A stretch of 64,000 nt of DNA, taken from NCBI RefSeq assembly GCF_051903065.1, contig NZ_CP178438.1. The stretch is one strand, 5' to 3'. Below the pieces are notes generated by a model. It worked only from the letters and a program-made list of their open reading frames with translations. It was not told the DNA's origin and searched no databases. Shown in pieces: positions 11,068-24,808 of this stretch. The stretch is from Escherichia coli. GTDB taxonomy: Bacteria; Pseudomonadota; Gammaproteobacteria; Enterobacterales; Enterobacteriaceae. Numbering within the stretch: the stretch's first letter is position 1; every line of letters begins with the position of its first letter. The translations under genes and the position numbers were made by a program.

Positions 11068-12159
11068 TTAGACGTTGAAAAGGAAGTTCATCACATCGCC
11101 ATCTTTAACGATGTAATCTTTACCTTCTGCACGCATTTTGCCTGCTTCTTTCGCGCCTTGTTCACCTTTGTAAGTGATGAAATCTTCAAACGAGATGGTT
11201 TGTGCACGGATAAAGCCTTTTTCAAAATCAGTATGGATTTTGCCCGCTGCCTGCGGCGCGGTTGCTCCAACCGGAATGGTCCATGCACGCACTTCTTTCA
11301 CCCCAGCGGTGAAGTAAGTTTGCAGGTTCAGCAGCTTATAACCGGCACGGATCACACGGTTCAGGCCCGGCTCTTCCAGCCCAAGCTCCTGCATAAACTC
11401 GTCACGTTCTTCGTCGTCCAGTTCGGCAATGTCTGCTTCAACAGCAGCACAAACCGGAACCACAACAGAACCTTCTTTCGCCGCGATTTCACGCACCTGG
11501 TCAAGATATGGGTTGTTTTCAAAACCGTCTTCGTTGACGTTGGCGATGTACATTGTTGGTTTCAGCGTCAGGAAGCTCAGGTAACGAATAGCCGCTTTCT
11601 CTTCAGCGCTTAAATCCAGCGCGCGCAGCATACCTGCGTTTTCCAGCTGGGGCAGGCATTTTTCCAGGACCGCCAGCTCAGCTTTCGCGTCTTTATCGCC
11701 ACCTTTGGCTTTCTTCTGTACGCGATGAATCGCACGTTCGCAGGTGTCGAGGTCTGCCAGCGCCAGTTCGGTGTTGATAACTTCAATATCGTCAGCCGGG
11801 TTAACTTTGCCGGAAACGTGAATGATGTTGTCATTTTCAAAGCAGCGAACAACGTGACCGATCGCTTCGGTTTCACGGATGTTGGTCAGGAACTGGTTAC
11901 CCAGACCTTCGCCTTTCGATGCGCCTTTTACCAGACCGGCGATATCGACAAATTCCATGGTCGTGGGAAGCGTACGTTGCGGTTTTACGATTTCAGCCAG
12001 TTGATTCAGGCGAGGATCAGGCATTGGTACGACGCCTGTGTTCGGCTCAATGGTGCAGAATGGAAAGTTGGCCGCTTCAATACCGGCTTTGGTCAGCGCG
12101 TTGAACAGGGTAGATTTCCCGACGTTGGGCAAACCGACGATACCGCATTTGAATCCCAT
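11068..12159 (-). CDS. ychF: ribosome-binding ATPase YchF (Obg-family P-loop NTPase)
   Basis: 363-aa ORF beginning [23 protein letters not shown] (G1 motif). Confidence 0.96.
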   Translation of the reverse strand: MGFKCGIVGLPNVGKSTLFNALTKAGIEAANFPFCTIEPNTGVVPMPDPRLNQLAEIVKPQRTLPTTMEFVDIAGLVKGASKGEGLGNQFLTNIRETEAIGHVVRCFENDNIIHVSGKVNPADDIEVINTELALADLDTCERAIHRVQKKAKGGDKDAKAELAVLEKCLPQLENAGMLRALDLSAEEKAAIRYLSFLTLKPTMYIANVNEDGFENNPYLDQVREIAAKEGSVVVPVCAAVEADIAELDDEERDEFMQELGLEEPGLNRVIRAGYKLLNLQTYFTAGVKEVRAWTIPVGATAPQAAGKIHTDFEKGFIRAQTISFEDFITYKGEQGAKEAGKMRAEGKDYIVKDGDVMNFLFNV

Positions 12160-12275
12160 GATTTAAATCACCTTAATATCTTAATAATCAACCTGTTATT
12201 GCTAACAGATTGCAGAAATGGAAATAACTTTGCCTATTATACACGGCACTCGGCAAAAATGCCGCAGACAACGAC

Positions 12276-12860
12276 TTATTGCGCTTTAAAGGCGTGCAAT
12301 CGGTTCGTTGCTTTGGTCAAGCCATCTGTAAACCACATTTCAGTACAACGCGCCGCTTCGTCGATGGCTTCATCAATTAACTTCTGTTCACTAACAGGCG
12401 GTTTGCCTAACACAAAACCGACAACTTTATTTTTATCGCCCGGATGACCGATTCCGATGCGTAAACGGTGAAAGTTAGGGTTATTACCCAATTTACTGAT
12501 GATGTCTTTCAGTCCATTGTGACCACCATGGCCACCGCCCAACTTAAATTTGGCGACGCCAGGAGGCAGATCCAGTTCGTCGTGGGCCACAAGAATTTCG
12601 TCCGGATTAATGCGGAAAAAACTGGCCATCGCCGCAACGGCTTTGCCGCTGAGATTCATAAATGTAGTCGGGACTAACAGGCGGACATCTTCGCCTCCAA
12701 GGGTGACTCGCGAAGTATAACCAAAGAATTTAGCCTCTTCGCGCAGCGGAGCGCGCAAACGCTCTGCCAGTAAGTCAACGAACCAGGCACCAGCATTATG
12801 TCGCGTTGCGGCGTATTCAGCACCGGGGTTCGCCAGGCCGACAATCAATTTAATCGTCAC
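12276..12860 (-). CDS. pth: peptidyl-tRNA hydrolase
   Basis: 194-aa [30 protein letters not shown]. Confidence 0.96.
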
Positions 12861-13137
12861 GTTTTTTTGTCCTGAGTGTGTACATAACTGGCGCGTAGTT
12901 TACTGGTTGCGGCCCCGCTTGACAAAAAACTGCGTATCAAATGCAGATAACGTAATAATTGCCTGAGTGGACTATTAGAAAGTCAAGGTGTTCAGGCGTT
13001 TATTTGTAAAGTTTTGTTGAAATAAGGGTTGTAATTGTGATCACGCCCGCACATAACCCACAGGGTGTTGTCTATACTTTACACATAAGGAAGAGGGGTA
13101 TTCCCTGTTACAACCCAGAAAGTTCCGGAGGTGACAT

Positions 13138-13416
13138 ATGAAACGCAAAAACGCTTCGTTACTCGGTAACGTGCTCATGGGGTTGGGTCTGGTGGTAATG
13201 GTGGTCGGCGTGGGGTATTCAATCCTCAACCAGTTACCACAGTTTAATATGCCCCAGTATTTCGCACATGGTGCAGTGCTAAGTATTTTCGTCGGTGCCA
13301 TTCTCTGGCTGGCGGGTGCCCGTGTTGGCGGGCATGAACAGGTGTGCGACCGTTACTGGTGGGTTCGCCACTATGACAAACGTTGCCGCCGTAGCGATAA
13401 TCGCCGTCATAGCTAA
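13138..13416 (+). CDS. ychH: small stress-induced membrane protein YchH
   Basis: 92-aa ORF MKRKNASLLGNVLMGLGLVVMVVGVG with hydrophobic segments; GGAGG SD just upstream. Confidence 0.85.
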   Translation: MKRKNASLLGNVLMGLGLVVMVVGVGYSILNQLPQFNMPQYFAHGAVLSIFVGAILWLAGARVGGHEQVCDRYWWVRHYDKRCRRSDNRRHS

Positions 13417-13470
13417 CAAATAATGCAGTTTGCTGACCAGTCAGTTTGCGCTGACTGGTCAATCTCGTAC

Positions 13471-15150
13471 TTATAAATCCGCCATCGCCGCGCGACGATT
13501 CGGGAAGAACGCGAGGCGTCCCGGGATCGGTTGAATGCCTGCGCGAGCCATAGTGCGCAGTGGCTGGAATTCCACGTTGCACACGCGCAGTTCACATCCT
13601 TCGGGCAGACGCTTCACAAAACGCTGGAACGCATCAAGACCACCAGCATCAAGTACCGGAACGGCATCCCACTTCAGAATCACAATCCGTTTGCCTTCAA
13701 GACGTGACTCCAGGTCCGTGAATAAGCCTTCAGCAGCAGCAAAAAACAGCGGGCCAATAACGCGCAGAACCAGGACATCGTCTGGAACATCTACGACTAC
13801 CGGTGCCAGGCGAGTCATACGTGCGATACGACGCATAAACAGCAGCGATGCCAGCACGATCCCCACGCTGATGGCAATAACCATATCAAACAGCACGGTC
13901 AGCGACATGCACAGCAGCATGACAATGATGTCATCTTTCGGTGCATGACGCAGCAAGTCGACCACTTTATGCGCTTCACTCATGTTCCACGCCACCATCA
14001 ACAGCAGGGCTGCCATAGCGGAAAGCGGCAGCCAGGAGAGCAGCGGTGCCAGTACCAGCAGGGCAAGAATAACCAGAATAGAGTGGATCACCGCCGAGAT
14101 AGGGGAAGTTGCCCCGGCACGGACGTTAGCGGCAGAACGCGCGATGGCAGCGGTAGCGGTAATACCACCAAAGAACGGAGCGATGATATTCCCCAGTCCC
14201 TGTCCAACCAGTTCGCTATTCGCCTTGTGTTTCGTCCCGGTCATACCATCCAGCACCACGGCGCAGAGCAGAGATTCGATTGCGCCGAGCATTGCCATTG
14301 AGAATGCCGCAGGCAGCAGTGTGCGAATAGAATCCCAGGTTAGCGTGAATTCTGAATCAGGCAGATCCCACGGCAGCACCAGTTGCGGCAGCAGTTGCGG
14401 AATACCGTTACCCTGAGAACCATCGGCCAGGACGTAGTGGAATTGCGAACCGATGGTTGCAACATGTCCGCCGAGCAGGTTAACAATCCCCATCACCGCG
14501 CAACCAGCCAGCAAGGCCGGAAGGTGGCCAGGTAAACGAATGCCCAGACGCGGCCAGAAAACCAGAATGCCAAGCGTCACAATGCCAATGGCAGCATCAC
14601 CCACATTAATGGTCGGCAGCGCCATAAATAATGCACCGACTTTTTGTAGATAATGTTCCGGGACATGGGCCATTTGCAGACCGAGAAAATCTTTAATCTG
14701 CATGGTACCGATGGTGATCCCGATACCCGAGGTGAAACCTAAGGTGACGGAAACCGGAATATACTCAATCAGGCGACCAAAGCGTGCCAGACCCATCAGA
14801 ATCAAAAAGATCCCCGACAGCAAGGTCGCAACCAGCAGTCCTGCCAGCCCAAACTGTTGCGAAACGGGATAGAGAATTACCACAAATGCCGCAGTCGGAC
14901 CGGAAACGCTAAAGCGTGACCCACCCGTCAGAGCAATGACAATCCCCGCAACAGCAGCGGTATATAAACCGTACTGGGGTGCCACACCACTACCAATAGC
15001 CAACGCCATCGCCAGCGGGATAGCAATAATCCCGACGGTTATCCCGGCAATCAGGTCACGGGTAAACCGTGCGGCAGTATATTTTTCTTTCCAGCAAGCG
15101 TCGATCAGAGCGCGGAAAGGCATCACATGTGAGGAAAATATTTTGTTCAC
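13471..15150 (-). CDS. dauA: SulP-family C4-dicarboxylate transporter DauA (YchM) with C-terminal STAS domain
   Basis: 559-aa polytopic membrane ORF. Confidence 0.92.
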   Translation of the reverse strand: MNKIFSSHVMPFRALIDACWKEKYTAARFTRDLIAGITVGIIAIPLAMALAIGSGVAPQYGLYTAAVAGIVIALTGGSRFSVSGPTAAFVVILYPVSQQFGLAGLLVATLLSGIFLILMGLARFGRLIEYIPVSVTLGFTSGIGITIGTMQIKDFLGLQMAHVPEHYLQKVGALFMALPTINVGDAAIGIVTLGILVFWPRLGIRLPGHLPALLAGCAVMGIVNLLGGHVATIGSQFHYVLADGSQGNGIPQLLPQLVLPWDLPDSEFTLTWDSIRTLLPAAFSMAMLGAIESLLCAVVLDGMTGTKHKANSELVGQGLGNIIAPFFGGITATAAIARSAANVRAGATSPISAVIHSILVILALLVLAPLLSWLPLSAMAALLLMVAWNMSEAHKVVDLLRHAPKDDIIVMLLCMSLTVLFDMVIAISVGIVLASLLFMRRIARMTRLAPVVVDVPDDVLVLRVIGPLFFAAAEGLFTDLESRLEGKRIVILKWDAVPVLDAGGLDAFQRFVKRLPEGCELRVCNVEFQPLRTMARAGIQPIPGRLAFFPNRRAAMADL

Positions 15151-15232
15151 AATAATGTTTCATCCGTGAGCGCATCATCTGTCAACTAAATGGCAGGTGA
15201 AGGAGGCATAGGTCATACAAATGGATATTACA

Positions 15233-15258
15233 GACAAAAAAACCCGCCGCAGCGGGTC
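15233..15258 (-). terminator. intrinsic terminator downstream of prs
   Basis: Hairpin CCCGCCGCAGCGGG preceded on the plus strand by A8 (U-run on minus strand). Confidence 0.6.
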
Positions 15259-15274
15259 TTTGAGCCGGGTTCGA

Positions 15275-16348
<1,074 letters not shown>

Positions 16349-16372
16349 TCACCGAAACTCAGCTTGCCCGGC

Positions 16373-17223
16373 TTAAAGCATGGCTCTGTGCAATGGGGAA
16401 AGATTAACGCCTTTCGCCACAAAGCCATTGAGCCATTCCGGGGCTTGCTCTAGCACCTGGCGGGCTTCAGACTCTGTATCAAATTCAGCAAAGACACAGG
16501 CCCCTGTCCCAGTCAGGCGCGACGGGGCGTATTCTAACAGCCAGGAAAGCACCGCATCAACCTCGCGAAAACGTTTTCTTGCGATAACCTCGCAATCATT
16601 GCTGAATTCACATTTTAGCAACGTTTCTATTGACCTTTTTGGCGTATTGCGCGGGAGTTCAGGATCTTTAAAAATCACCGGAGTCGGGATACTTACACCA
16701 GGGTGCGCCACCAGATACCACTTCTCTGGCGGATCCACCGGCGTTAGTATTTCACCAACGCCTTCGGCAAACGCGGCATGCCCCCGAACAAAGACAGGAA
16801 CATCTGCGCCCAGCGTCAGCCCCATTTCCGCCAGCTCATCCATGCTTAGTCCGCATTGCCAGAGATGATTTAACGCCACCAGAACCGTCGCGGCATTGGA
16901 TGAACCACCGCCGAGACCGCCGCCCATCGGCAAACGCTTGTCAATGCTGATATTCGCACCGCTTCCCGTCGGAAGACGCCCGCTGTCTGCCGCAGTTTTC
17001 ATCAACAACCGCGCTGCGCGAACGATCAGGTTATCTTCATGTTCCACGCCTTCAACGGGCGTTAACAGACGAATATCTCCATCGTCACGAAGCTCAATGC
17101 TAATGGTGTCGCCGTAATCAAGAAACTGAAACAGCGTTTGCAGCGTGTGGTAACCATCCGCACGCTGACCGGTAATGTATAAAAACAGATTAAGTTTTGC
17201 CGGAGAGGGCCACTGTGTCCGCA

Positions 17224-17224
<1 letters not shown>
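16373..17224 (-). CDS. ispE: 4-diphosphocytidyl-2-C-methyl-D-erythritol kinase
   Basis: 283-aa [29 protein letters not shown]; start overlaps lolB stop by 1 nt. Confidence 0.95.
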
Positions 17225-17916
<692 letters not shown>

Positions 17917-18060
17917 CTATGTTCAAGTTGTCTTAATTGCCAGAATCTAACGGCTTTCGGCAATTACTCCAAAAGGGGGCGCTCTCTTTTATTGATCTTA
18001 CGCATCCTGTATGATGCAAGCAGACTAACCCTATCAACGTTGGTATTATTTCCCGCAGAC

Positions 18061-19317
18061 ATGACCCTTTTAGCACTCGGTATCAACCATAAAACGGCAC
18101 CTGTATCGCTGCGAGAACGTGTATCGTTTTCGCCGGATAAGCTCGATCAGGCGCTTGACAGCCTGCTTGCGCAGCCGATGGTGCAGGGCGGCGTGGTGCT
18201 GTCGACGTGCAACCGCACGGAACTTTATCTTAGCGTTGAAGAGCAGGATAACCTGCAAGAGGCGTTAATCCGCTGGCTTTGCGATTATCACAATCTTAAT
18301 GAAGAAGATCTGCGTAAAAGCCTCTACTGGCATCAGGATAACGACGCGGTTAGCCATTTAATGCGTGTTGCCAGCGGCCTGGATTCACTGGTTCTTGGGG
18401 AGCCGCAGATCCTCGGTCAGGTTAAAAAAGCGTTTGCCGATTCGCAAAAAGGCCATATGAAGGCCAGCGAACTGGAACGCATGTTCCAGAAATCTTTCTC
18501 TGTAGCGAAACGCGTTCGCACTGAAACAGATATCGGTGCCAGCGCTGTGTCTGTCGCTTTTGCGGCTTGTACGCTGGCGCGGCAGATCTTTGAATCGCTC
18601 TCTACGGTCACAGTGTTGCTGGTAGGCGCGGGCGAAACCATCGAGCTGGTAGCGCGTCATCTGCGCGAACATAAAGTACAGAAGATGATTATCGCCAACC
18701 GCACTCGCGAACGTGCCCAAATTCTGGCAGATGAAGTCGGCGCGGAAGTGATTGCCCTGAGTGAGATCGACGAACGTCTGCGCGAAGCCGATATCATCAT
18801 CAGTTCCACCGCCAGCCCGTTACCGATTATCGGAAAAGGCATGGTGGAGCGCGCATTAAAAAGTCGTCGCAACCAACCGATGCTGCTGGTGGATATTGCC
18901 GTTCCACGCGATGTTGAGCCGGAAGTTGGCAAACTGGCGAATGCTTATCTTTATAGCGTTGATGATCTGCAAAGCATCATTTCGCACAACCTGGCGCAGC
19001 GTAAAGCCGCAGCGGTTGAGGCGGAAACTATTGTCGCTCAGGAAACCAGCGAATTTATGGCGTGGCTGCGAGCACAAAGCGCCAGCGAAACCATTCGCGA
19101 GTATCGCAGCCAGGCAGAGCAAGTTCGCGATGAGTTAACCGCCAAAGCGTTAGCGGCCCTTGAGCAGGGCGGCGACGCGCAAGCCATTATGCAGGATCTG
19201 GCATGGAAACTGACTAACCGCTTGATCCATGCGCCAACGAAATCACTTCAACAGGCCGCCCGTGACGGGGATAACGAACGCCTGAATATTCTGCGCGACA
19301 GCCTCGGGCTGGAGTAG
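18061..19317 (+). CDS. hemA: glutamyl-tRNA reductase
   Basis: ORF 17863..19317; trimmed to ATG at 18061 giving [21 protein letters not shown] (418 aa). Confidence 0.95.
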   Translation: MTLLALGINHKTAPVSLRERVSFSPDKLDQALDSLLAQPMVQGGVVLSTCNRTELYLSVEEQDNLQEALIRWLCDYHNLNEEDLRKSLYWHQDNDAVSHLMRVASGLDSLVLGEPQILGQVKKAFADSQKGHMKASELERMFQKSFSVAKRVRTETDIGASAVSVAFAACTLARQIFESLSTVTVLLVGAGETIELVARHLREHKVQKMIIANRTRERAQILADEVGAEVIALSEIDERLREADIIISSTASPLPIIGKGMVERALKSRRNQPMLLVDIAVPRDVEPEVGKLANAYLYSVDDLQSIISHNLAQRKAAAVEAETIVAQETSEFMAWLRAQSASETIREYRSQAEQVRDELTAKALAALEQGGDAQAIMQDLAWKLTNRLIHAPTKSLQQAARDGDNERLNILRDSLGLE

Positions 19318-19358
19318 CAGTACATCATTTTCTTTTTTTACAGGGTGCATTTACGCCT

Positions 19359-20441
19359 ATGAAGCCTTCTATCGTTGCCAAACTGGAAGCCCTGCATGAA
19401 CGCCATGAAGAAGTTCAGGCGTTGCTGGGTGACGCGCAAACTATCGCCGACCAGGAACGTTTTCGCGCATTATCACGCGAATATGCGCAGTTAAGTGATG
19501 TTTCGCGCTGTTTTACCGACTGGCAACAGGTTCAGGAAGATATCGAAACCGCACAGATGATGCTCGACGATCCTGAAATGCGTGAGATGGCGCAGGATGA
19601 ACTGCGCGAAGCTAAAGAAAAAAGCGAGCAACTGGAACAGCAATTACAGGTTCTGTTACTGCCAAAAGATCCTGATGACGAACGTAACGCCTTCCTCGAA
19701 GTCCGAGCCGGAACCGGCGGCGACGAAGCGGCGCTGTTCGCAGGCGATCTGTTCCGTATGTACAGCCGTTACGCCGAAGCCCGCCGCTGGCGGGTAGAAA
19801 TCATGAGCGCCAGCGAGGGTGAACATGGTGGTTATAAAGAGATCATCGCCAAAATTAGCGGTGATGGTGTGTATGGTCGTCTGAAATTTGAATCCGGCGG
19901 TCATCGCGTGCAGCGTGTTCCTGCTACGGAATCGCAGGGTCGTATTCATACTTCTGCTTGTACCGTTGCGGTAATGCCAGAACTGCCTGACGCAGAACTG
20001 CCGGACATCAACCCAGCAGATTTACGCATTGATACTTTCCGCTCGTCAGGGGCGGGTGGTCAGCACGTTAACACCACCGATTCGGCAATTCGTATTACTC
20101 ACTTGCCGACCGGGATTGTTGTTGAATGTCAGGACGAACGTTCACAACATAAAAACAAAGCGAAGGCGCTTTCAGTGCTCGGTGCTCGCATCCACGCTGC
20201 TGAAATGGCAAAACGCCAACAGGCCGAAGCGTCTACCCGTCGTAACCTGCTGGGGAGTGGCGATCGCAGCGACCGTAACCGTACTTACAACTTCCCGCAG
20301 GGGCGCGTTACCGATCACCGCATCAACCTGACGCTCTACCGCCTGGATGAAGTGATAGAAGGTAAGCTGGATATGCTGATTGAACCGATTATCCAGGAAC
20401 ATCAGGCCGACCAACTGGCGGCGTTGTCCGAGCAGGAATAA
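19359..20441 (+). CDS. prfA: peptide chain release factor 1
   Basis: 360-aa ORF containing the GGQ motif (..[15 protein letters not shown]..). Confidence 0.97.
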   Translation: MKPSIVAKLEALHERHEEVQALLGDAQTIADQERFRALSREYAQLSDVSRCFTDWQQVQEDIETAQMMLDDPEMREMAQDELREAKEKSEQLEQQLQVLLLPKDPDDERNAFLEVRAGTGGDEAALFAGDLFRMYSRYAEARRWRVEIMSASEGEHGGYKEIIAKISGDGVYGRLKFESGGHRVQRVPATESQGRIHTSACTVAVMPELPDAELPDINPADLRIDTFRSSGAGGQHVNTTDSAIRITHLPTGIVVECQDERSQHKNKAKALSVLGARIHAAEMAKRQQAEASTRRNLLGSGDRSDRNRTYNFPQGRVTDHRINLTLYRLDEVIEGKLDMLIEPIIQEHQADQLAALSEQE

Positions 20442-21274
20442 TGGAATATCAACACTGGTTACGTGAAGCAATAAGCCAACTTCAGGCGAGCGAAAGCCCG
20501 CGGCGTGATGCTGAAATCCTGCTGGAGCATGTTACCGGCAGAGGGCGTACTTTTATTCTCGCCTTTGGTGAAACGCAGCTGACTGACGAACAATGTCAGC
20601 AACTTGATGCGCTACTGACACGTCGTCGCGATGGTGAACCCATTGCTCATTTAACCGGGGTGCGAGAATTCTGGTCGTTGCCGTTATTTGTTTCGCCAGC
20701 GACCTTAATTCCGCGCCCGGATACGGAGTGTCTGGTGGAGCAGGCACTGGCGCGGTTGCCTGAACAACCTTGCCGTATTCTCGATCTCGGGACGGGTACC
20801 GGGGCGATTGCGCTTGCGCTGGCTAGCGAGCGCCCGGACTGCGAAATTATCGCTGTAGATCGTATGCCTGATGCTGTCTCCCTGGCACAACGTAATGCCC
20901 AGCATCTGGCGATCAAAAATATCCACATTCTGCAAAGCGACTGGTTTAGCGCGCTAGCCGGGCAGCAGTTTGCGATGATTGTCAGCAATCCGCCGTATAT
21001 TGACGAGCAGGACCCACATCTTCAACAAGGCGATGTCCGCTTTGAGCCGCTCACTGCGCTGGTTGCGGCAGACAGTGGAATGGCAGACATCGTGCATATC
21101 ATCGAACAGTCGCGTAACGCGCTGGTATCCGGCGGCTTTCTGCTTCTGGAACATGGCTGGCAGCAGGGCGAAGCGGTGCGACAGGCATTTATCCTCGCGG
21201 GGTATCATGACGTCGAAACCTGCCGTGACTATGGTGATAACGAGCGCGTAACGCTCGGCCGCTATTATCAATGA
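20441..21274 (+). CDS. prmC: release-factor glutamine N5-methyltransferase PrmC (HemK)
   Basis: 277-aa ORF with NPPY motif (IVSNPPYI); ATG overlaps prfA stop (TAATG). Confidence 0.95.
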   Translation: MEYQHWLREAISQLQASESPRRDAEILLEHVTGRGRTFILAFGETQLTDEQCQQLDALLTRRRDGEPIAHLTGVREFWSLPLFVSPATLIPRPDTECLVEQALARLPEQPCRILDLGTGTGAIALALASERPDCEIIAVDRMPDAVSLAQRNAQHLAIKNIHILQSDWFSALAGQQFAMIVSNPPYIDEQDPHLQQGDVRFEPLTALVAADSGMADIVHIIEQSRNALVSGGFLLLEHGWQQGEAVRQAFILAGYHDVETCRDYGDNERVTLGRYYQ

Positions 21275-21663
21275 CAAGTTTTTCTACACTGCTTAGTGTT
21301 CATCTTATTAGTATCGCGCTTTCTGTTGGGCTATTAACCTTACGTTTCTGGCTACGTTATCAGAAGCATCCACAGGCATTTGCTCGCTGGACGCGCATTG
21401 TGCCGCCGGTTGTCGATACGGTGTTATTGTTAAGCGGCATTGCGTTGATGGCTAAAGCGCACATCCTGCCATTTTCCGGGCAGGCACAGTGGCTGACTGA
21501 AAAGCTGTTTGGAGTTATCATTTATATCGTTTTGGGTTTTATTGCACTCGATTATCGTCGTATGCACAGTCAGCAGGCGCGCATTATTGCCTTCCCGCTG
21601 GCGTTGGTGGTGCTGTACATCATCATTAAACTCGCCACCACAAAAGTACCGTTACTGGGGTAA
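21271..21663 (+). CDS. sirB2: inner-membrane protein SirB2 (YchQ)
   Basis: 130-aa hydrophobic ORF; 4-nt overlap with prmC. Confidence 0.85.
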   Translation: MTSFSTLLSVHLISIALSVGLLTLRFWLRYQKHPQAFARWTRIVPPVVDTVLLLSGIALMAKAHILPFSGQAQWLTEKLFGVIIYIVLGFIALDYRRMHSQQARIIAFPLALVVLYIIIKLATTKVPLLG

Positions 21664-21666
21664 GTC

Positions 21667-22476
21667 ATGAGATCGTTAGCTGATTTCGAATTTAATAAAG
21701 CGCCATTGTGCGAAGGCATGATCCTGGCTTGCGAAGCAATCCGCCGCGATTTTCCCTCGCAAGATGTTTACGACGAACTGGAGCGTCTCGTTAGTCTGGC
21801 GAAGGAAGAAATCAGCCAGCTTCTGCCTTTAGAAGAGCAGCTGGAAAAACTGATCGCGCTGTTTTACGGCGACTGGGGATTTAAAGCCTCACGCGGCGTT
21901 TATCGTCTTTCCGATGCATTATGGCTGGACCAGGTGTTAAAGAATCGACAGGGCAGTGCGGTATCATTAGGTGCGGTTTTATTATGGGTCGCGAATCGTC
22001 TCGATTTGCCGCTGCTGCCGGTGATTTTCCCTACGCAGCTGATATTGCGCATTGAATGTCCGGATGGCGAAATTTGGCTGATTAATCCTTTTAACGGTGA
22101 ATCGTTAAGCGAACATATGCTGGACGTATGGTTAAAGGGAAATATCAGCCCGTCGGCGGAACTGTTTTATGAAGACCTTGATGAAGCTGATAACATTGAG
22201 GTAATCCGCAAATTGCTGGATACACTCAAAGCCTCGTTGATGGAAGAAAATCAGATGGAGCTGGCGTTACGCACCAGCGAAGCTTTATTACAATTCAACC
22301 CTGAAGATCCCTATGAAATTCGCGATCGCGGGTTGATTTATGCGCAACTGGATTGCGAACACGTTGCGTTGAACGATTTAAGTTATTTCGTTGAACAGTG
22401 TCCGGAAGACCCGATCAGCGAAATGATCCGTGCGCAAATAAATAACATCGCGCATAAACATATTGTGCTGCATTAA
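21667..22476 (+). CDS. sirB1: SirB1 (YchA), transglutaminase-like/TPR-like protein
   Basis: 269-aa ORF directly following sirB2. Confidence 0.85.
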   Translation: MRSLADFEFNKAPLCEGMILACEAIRRDFPSQDVYDELERLVSLAKEEISQLLPLEEQLEKLIALFYGDWGFKASRGVYRLSDALWLDQVLKNRQGSAVSLGAVLLWVANRLDLPLLPVIFPTQLILRIECPDGEIWLINPFNGESLSEHMLDVWLKGNISPSAELFYEDLDEADNIEVIRKLLDTLKASLMEENQMELALRTSEALLQFNPEDPYEIRDRGLIYAQLDCEHVALNDLSYFVEQCPEDPISEMIRAQINNIAHKHIVLH

Positions 22477-22502
22477 TTAATCGACATTTTACTCAAGATT
22501 AA

Positions 22503-23366
<864 letters not shown>

Positions 23367-23387
23367 TCTTTTTGTTTGAAAAATAAA

Positions 23388-23417
23388 GTCTTAGCGTTCT
23401 GCGTTAAGACTTTTTTT
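23388..23417 (+). terminator. kdsA intrinsic terminator
   Basis: Hairpin GTCTTA..TAAGAC followed by T7. Confidence 0.5.
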
Positions 23418-23513
23418 ATGGGTGCCGGATACAAAAAGGGCCGCAGGCTGTTACCCCTGCGGCCGGTTTCGGGCGCATATTGCCATCACGGCAGCCTGAC
23501 GCCCGTTTTCATC

Positions 23514-23621
23514 TTACTTCCGGTTACGCCACCAGCTGACAATCGCTGCGGTAATAATTCCCGCCAGGATCGGTGCTGCCAGGTCGTGCCAGAAAATCAT
23601 GGCAAACTGCGCGAGCGTCAT
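23514..23621 (-). CDS. ldrA: type I toxin Ldr (35-aa membrane peptide), copy 1
   Basis: Minus-strand ATG..TAA translating MTLAQFAMIFWHDLAAPILAGIITAAIVSWWRNRK; followed on the minus strand by hairpin GGCCGCAGG..CCTGCGGCC plus U-run (23430-23464). Confidence 0.9.
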   Translation of the reverse strand: MTLAQFAMIFWHDLAAPILAGIITAAIVSWWRNRK

Positions 23622-23668
23622 ATAGCCGCCTTGTTGTAATGACAACATTTTGCGGCTATTCTTGAATT

Positions 23669-23736
23669 GTTGATGGTTCAAGATTAGCCCCCGTTCTGTT
23701 GTCAGGTTTTACCTCTCAACGTGCGGGGGTTTTCTC
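23669..23736 (+). ncRNA. rdlA: Rdl antisense RNA (antitoxin), copy 1; ends approximate
   Basis: Plus-strand promoter-like TTGTAA-17bp-TATTCT (23634-23662), then about 66 nt ending in hairpin GCCCCCG..CGGGGG plus TTTTCTCTTT (23687-23740). Lies in the ldr leader on the opposite strand. Placement inferred from sequence; not confirmed against a reference. Confidence 0.45.
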
Positions 23737-24049
23737 TTTCCAGCAACCAATGCCACCAGGGATAAAGCCCCCGCAACATTGCGCCTCACCGGATAACGCC
23801 GGCTTGGTGTGGATACTACGACTCAATTCATCTTCACTTCATCCCTGAAATGTTTGCAATGAAGAGTGCATTCCGGTTTTTCAACAGCTGTTACAGTCGT
23901 TTCATGAGTGCTCTGGATGATGCTTCCAGCTCGGGTTGCCAATATTTACTTGTGGAAGTGATAAAGACAAAAATGGCCGCAGGCTGTTACCCCTGCGGCC
24001 GGTTTCGGGCGCATATTGCCATCACGGCAGCCTGACGCCCGTTTTCACC

Positions 24050-24157
24050 TTACTTCCGGTTACGCCACCAGCTGACAATCGCTGCGGTAATAATTCCCGC
24101 CAGGATCGGTGCTGCCAGGTCGTGCCAGAAAATCATGGCAAACTGCGCGAGCGTCAT
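24050..24157 (-). CDS. ldrB: type I toxin Ldr, copy 2 (identical peptide to copy 1)
   Basis: Same 108-nt ORF 536 bp downstream of copy 1. Confidence 0.9.
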   Translation of the reverse strand: MTLAQFAMIFWHDLAAPILAGIITAAIVSWWRNRK

Positions 24158-24204
24158 ATAGCCGCCTTGTTGTAATGACAACATTTTGCGGCTATTCTTG
24201 AATT

Positions 24205-24272
24205 GTTGATGGTTCAAGATTAGCCCCCGTTCTGTTGTCAGGTTTTACCTCTCAACGTGCGGGGGTTTTCTC
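24205..24272 (+). ncRNA. rdlB: Rdl antisense RNA, copy 2; ends approximate
   Basis: Same promoter and terminator arrangement, shifted 536 bp. Confidence 0.45.
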
Positions 24273-24585
24273 TTTCCAGCAACCAATGCCACCAGGGATA
24301 AAGCCCCCGCAACATTGCGCCTCACCGGATAACGCCGGCTTGGTGTGGATACTACGACTCAATTCATCTTCACTTCATCCCTGAAATGTTTGCAATGAAG
24401 AGTGCATTCCGGTTTTTCAACAGCTGTTACAGTCGTTTCATGAGTGCTCTGGATGATGCTTCCAGCTCGGGTTGCCAATATTTACTTGTGGAAGTGATAA
24501 AGACAAAAATGGCCGCAGGCTGTTACCCCTGCGGCCGGTTTCGGGCGCATATTGCCATCACGGCAGCCTGACGCCCGTTTTCACC

Positions 24586-24693
24586 TTACTTCCGGTTACG
24601 CCACCAGCCGACAATCGCTGCGGTAATAATTCCCGCCAGGATCGGTGCCGCCAGGTCGTGCCAGAAAGTCATGGCAAACTGCGCGAGCGTCAT
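24586..24693 (-). CDS. ldrC: type I toxin Ldr, copy 3 (variant peptide)
   Basis: Translates MTLAQFAMTFWHDLAAPILAGIITAAIVGWWRNRK; differs from copies 1 and 2 at two residues (I9T, S29G). Confidence 0.9.
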   Translation of the reverse strand: MTLAQFAMTFWHDLAAPILAGIITAAIVGWWRNRK

Positions 24694-24740
24694 ATAGCCG
24701 CCTTGTTGTAATGACAACATTTTGCGGCTATTCTTGAAGT

Positions 24741-24808
24741 GTCTGGTTTCAAGATTAGCCCCCGTTTTGTTGTCAGGTTTTACCTCTCAACGTGCGGGGG
24801 TTTTCTCT
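24741..24808 (+). ncRNA. rdlC: Rdl antisense RNA, copy 3; ends approximate, 5' region diverged
   Basis: Terminator hairpin conserved (AGCCCCCG..CGGGGG + TTTTCTCTTT) but the upstream 20 bp differ from copies 1 and 2 (GAAGTGTCTGGTTTCAAG versus GAATTGTTGATGGTTCAAG). Confidence 0.4.

Noticed and set aside
11725-12447. 240-aa plus-strand ORF spanning ychF and the ychF-pth gap
   Set aside because: Antisense to ychF and crossing an intergenic region; no independent support.
13434-13461. Hairpin TGACCAGTCAG-TTTGCG-CTGACTGGTCA between convergent ychH and dauA as an intrinsic terminator
   Set aside because: A good stem, but neither strand has a following U-tract; it may be a Rho-dependent or structural element, so it is not called as a terminator.
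23376-24711. Repeated plus-strand ORFs of 79-87 aa (23376..23639, 23936..24175, 24472..24711) and 61 aa (23850..24035, 24386..24571)
   Set aside because: They recur only because they lie within the ~536-bp LDR repeats, and they run antisense across the ldr toxin genes and terminators. The real coding units are the 35-codon minus-strand ldr ORFs.
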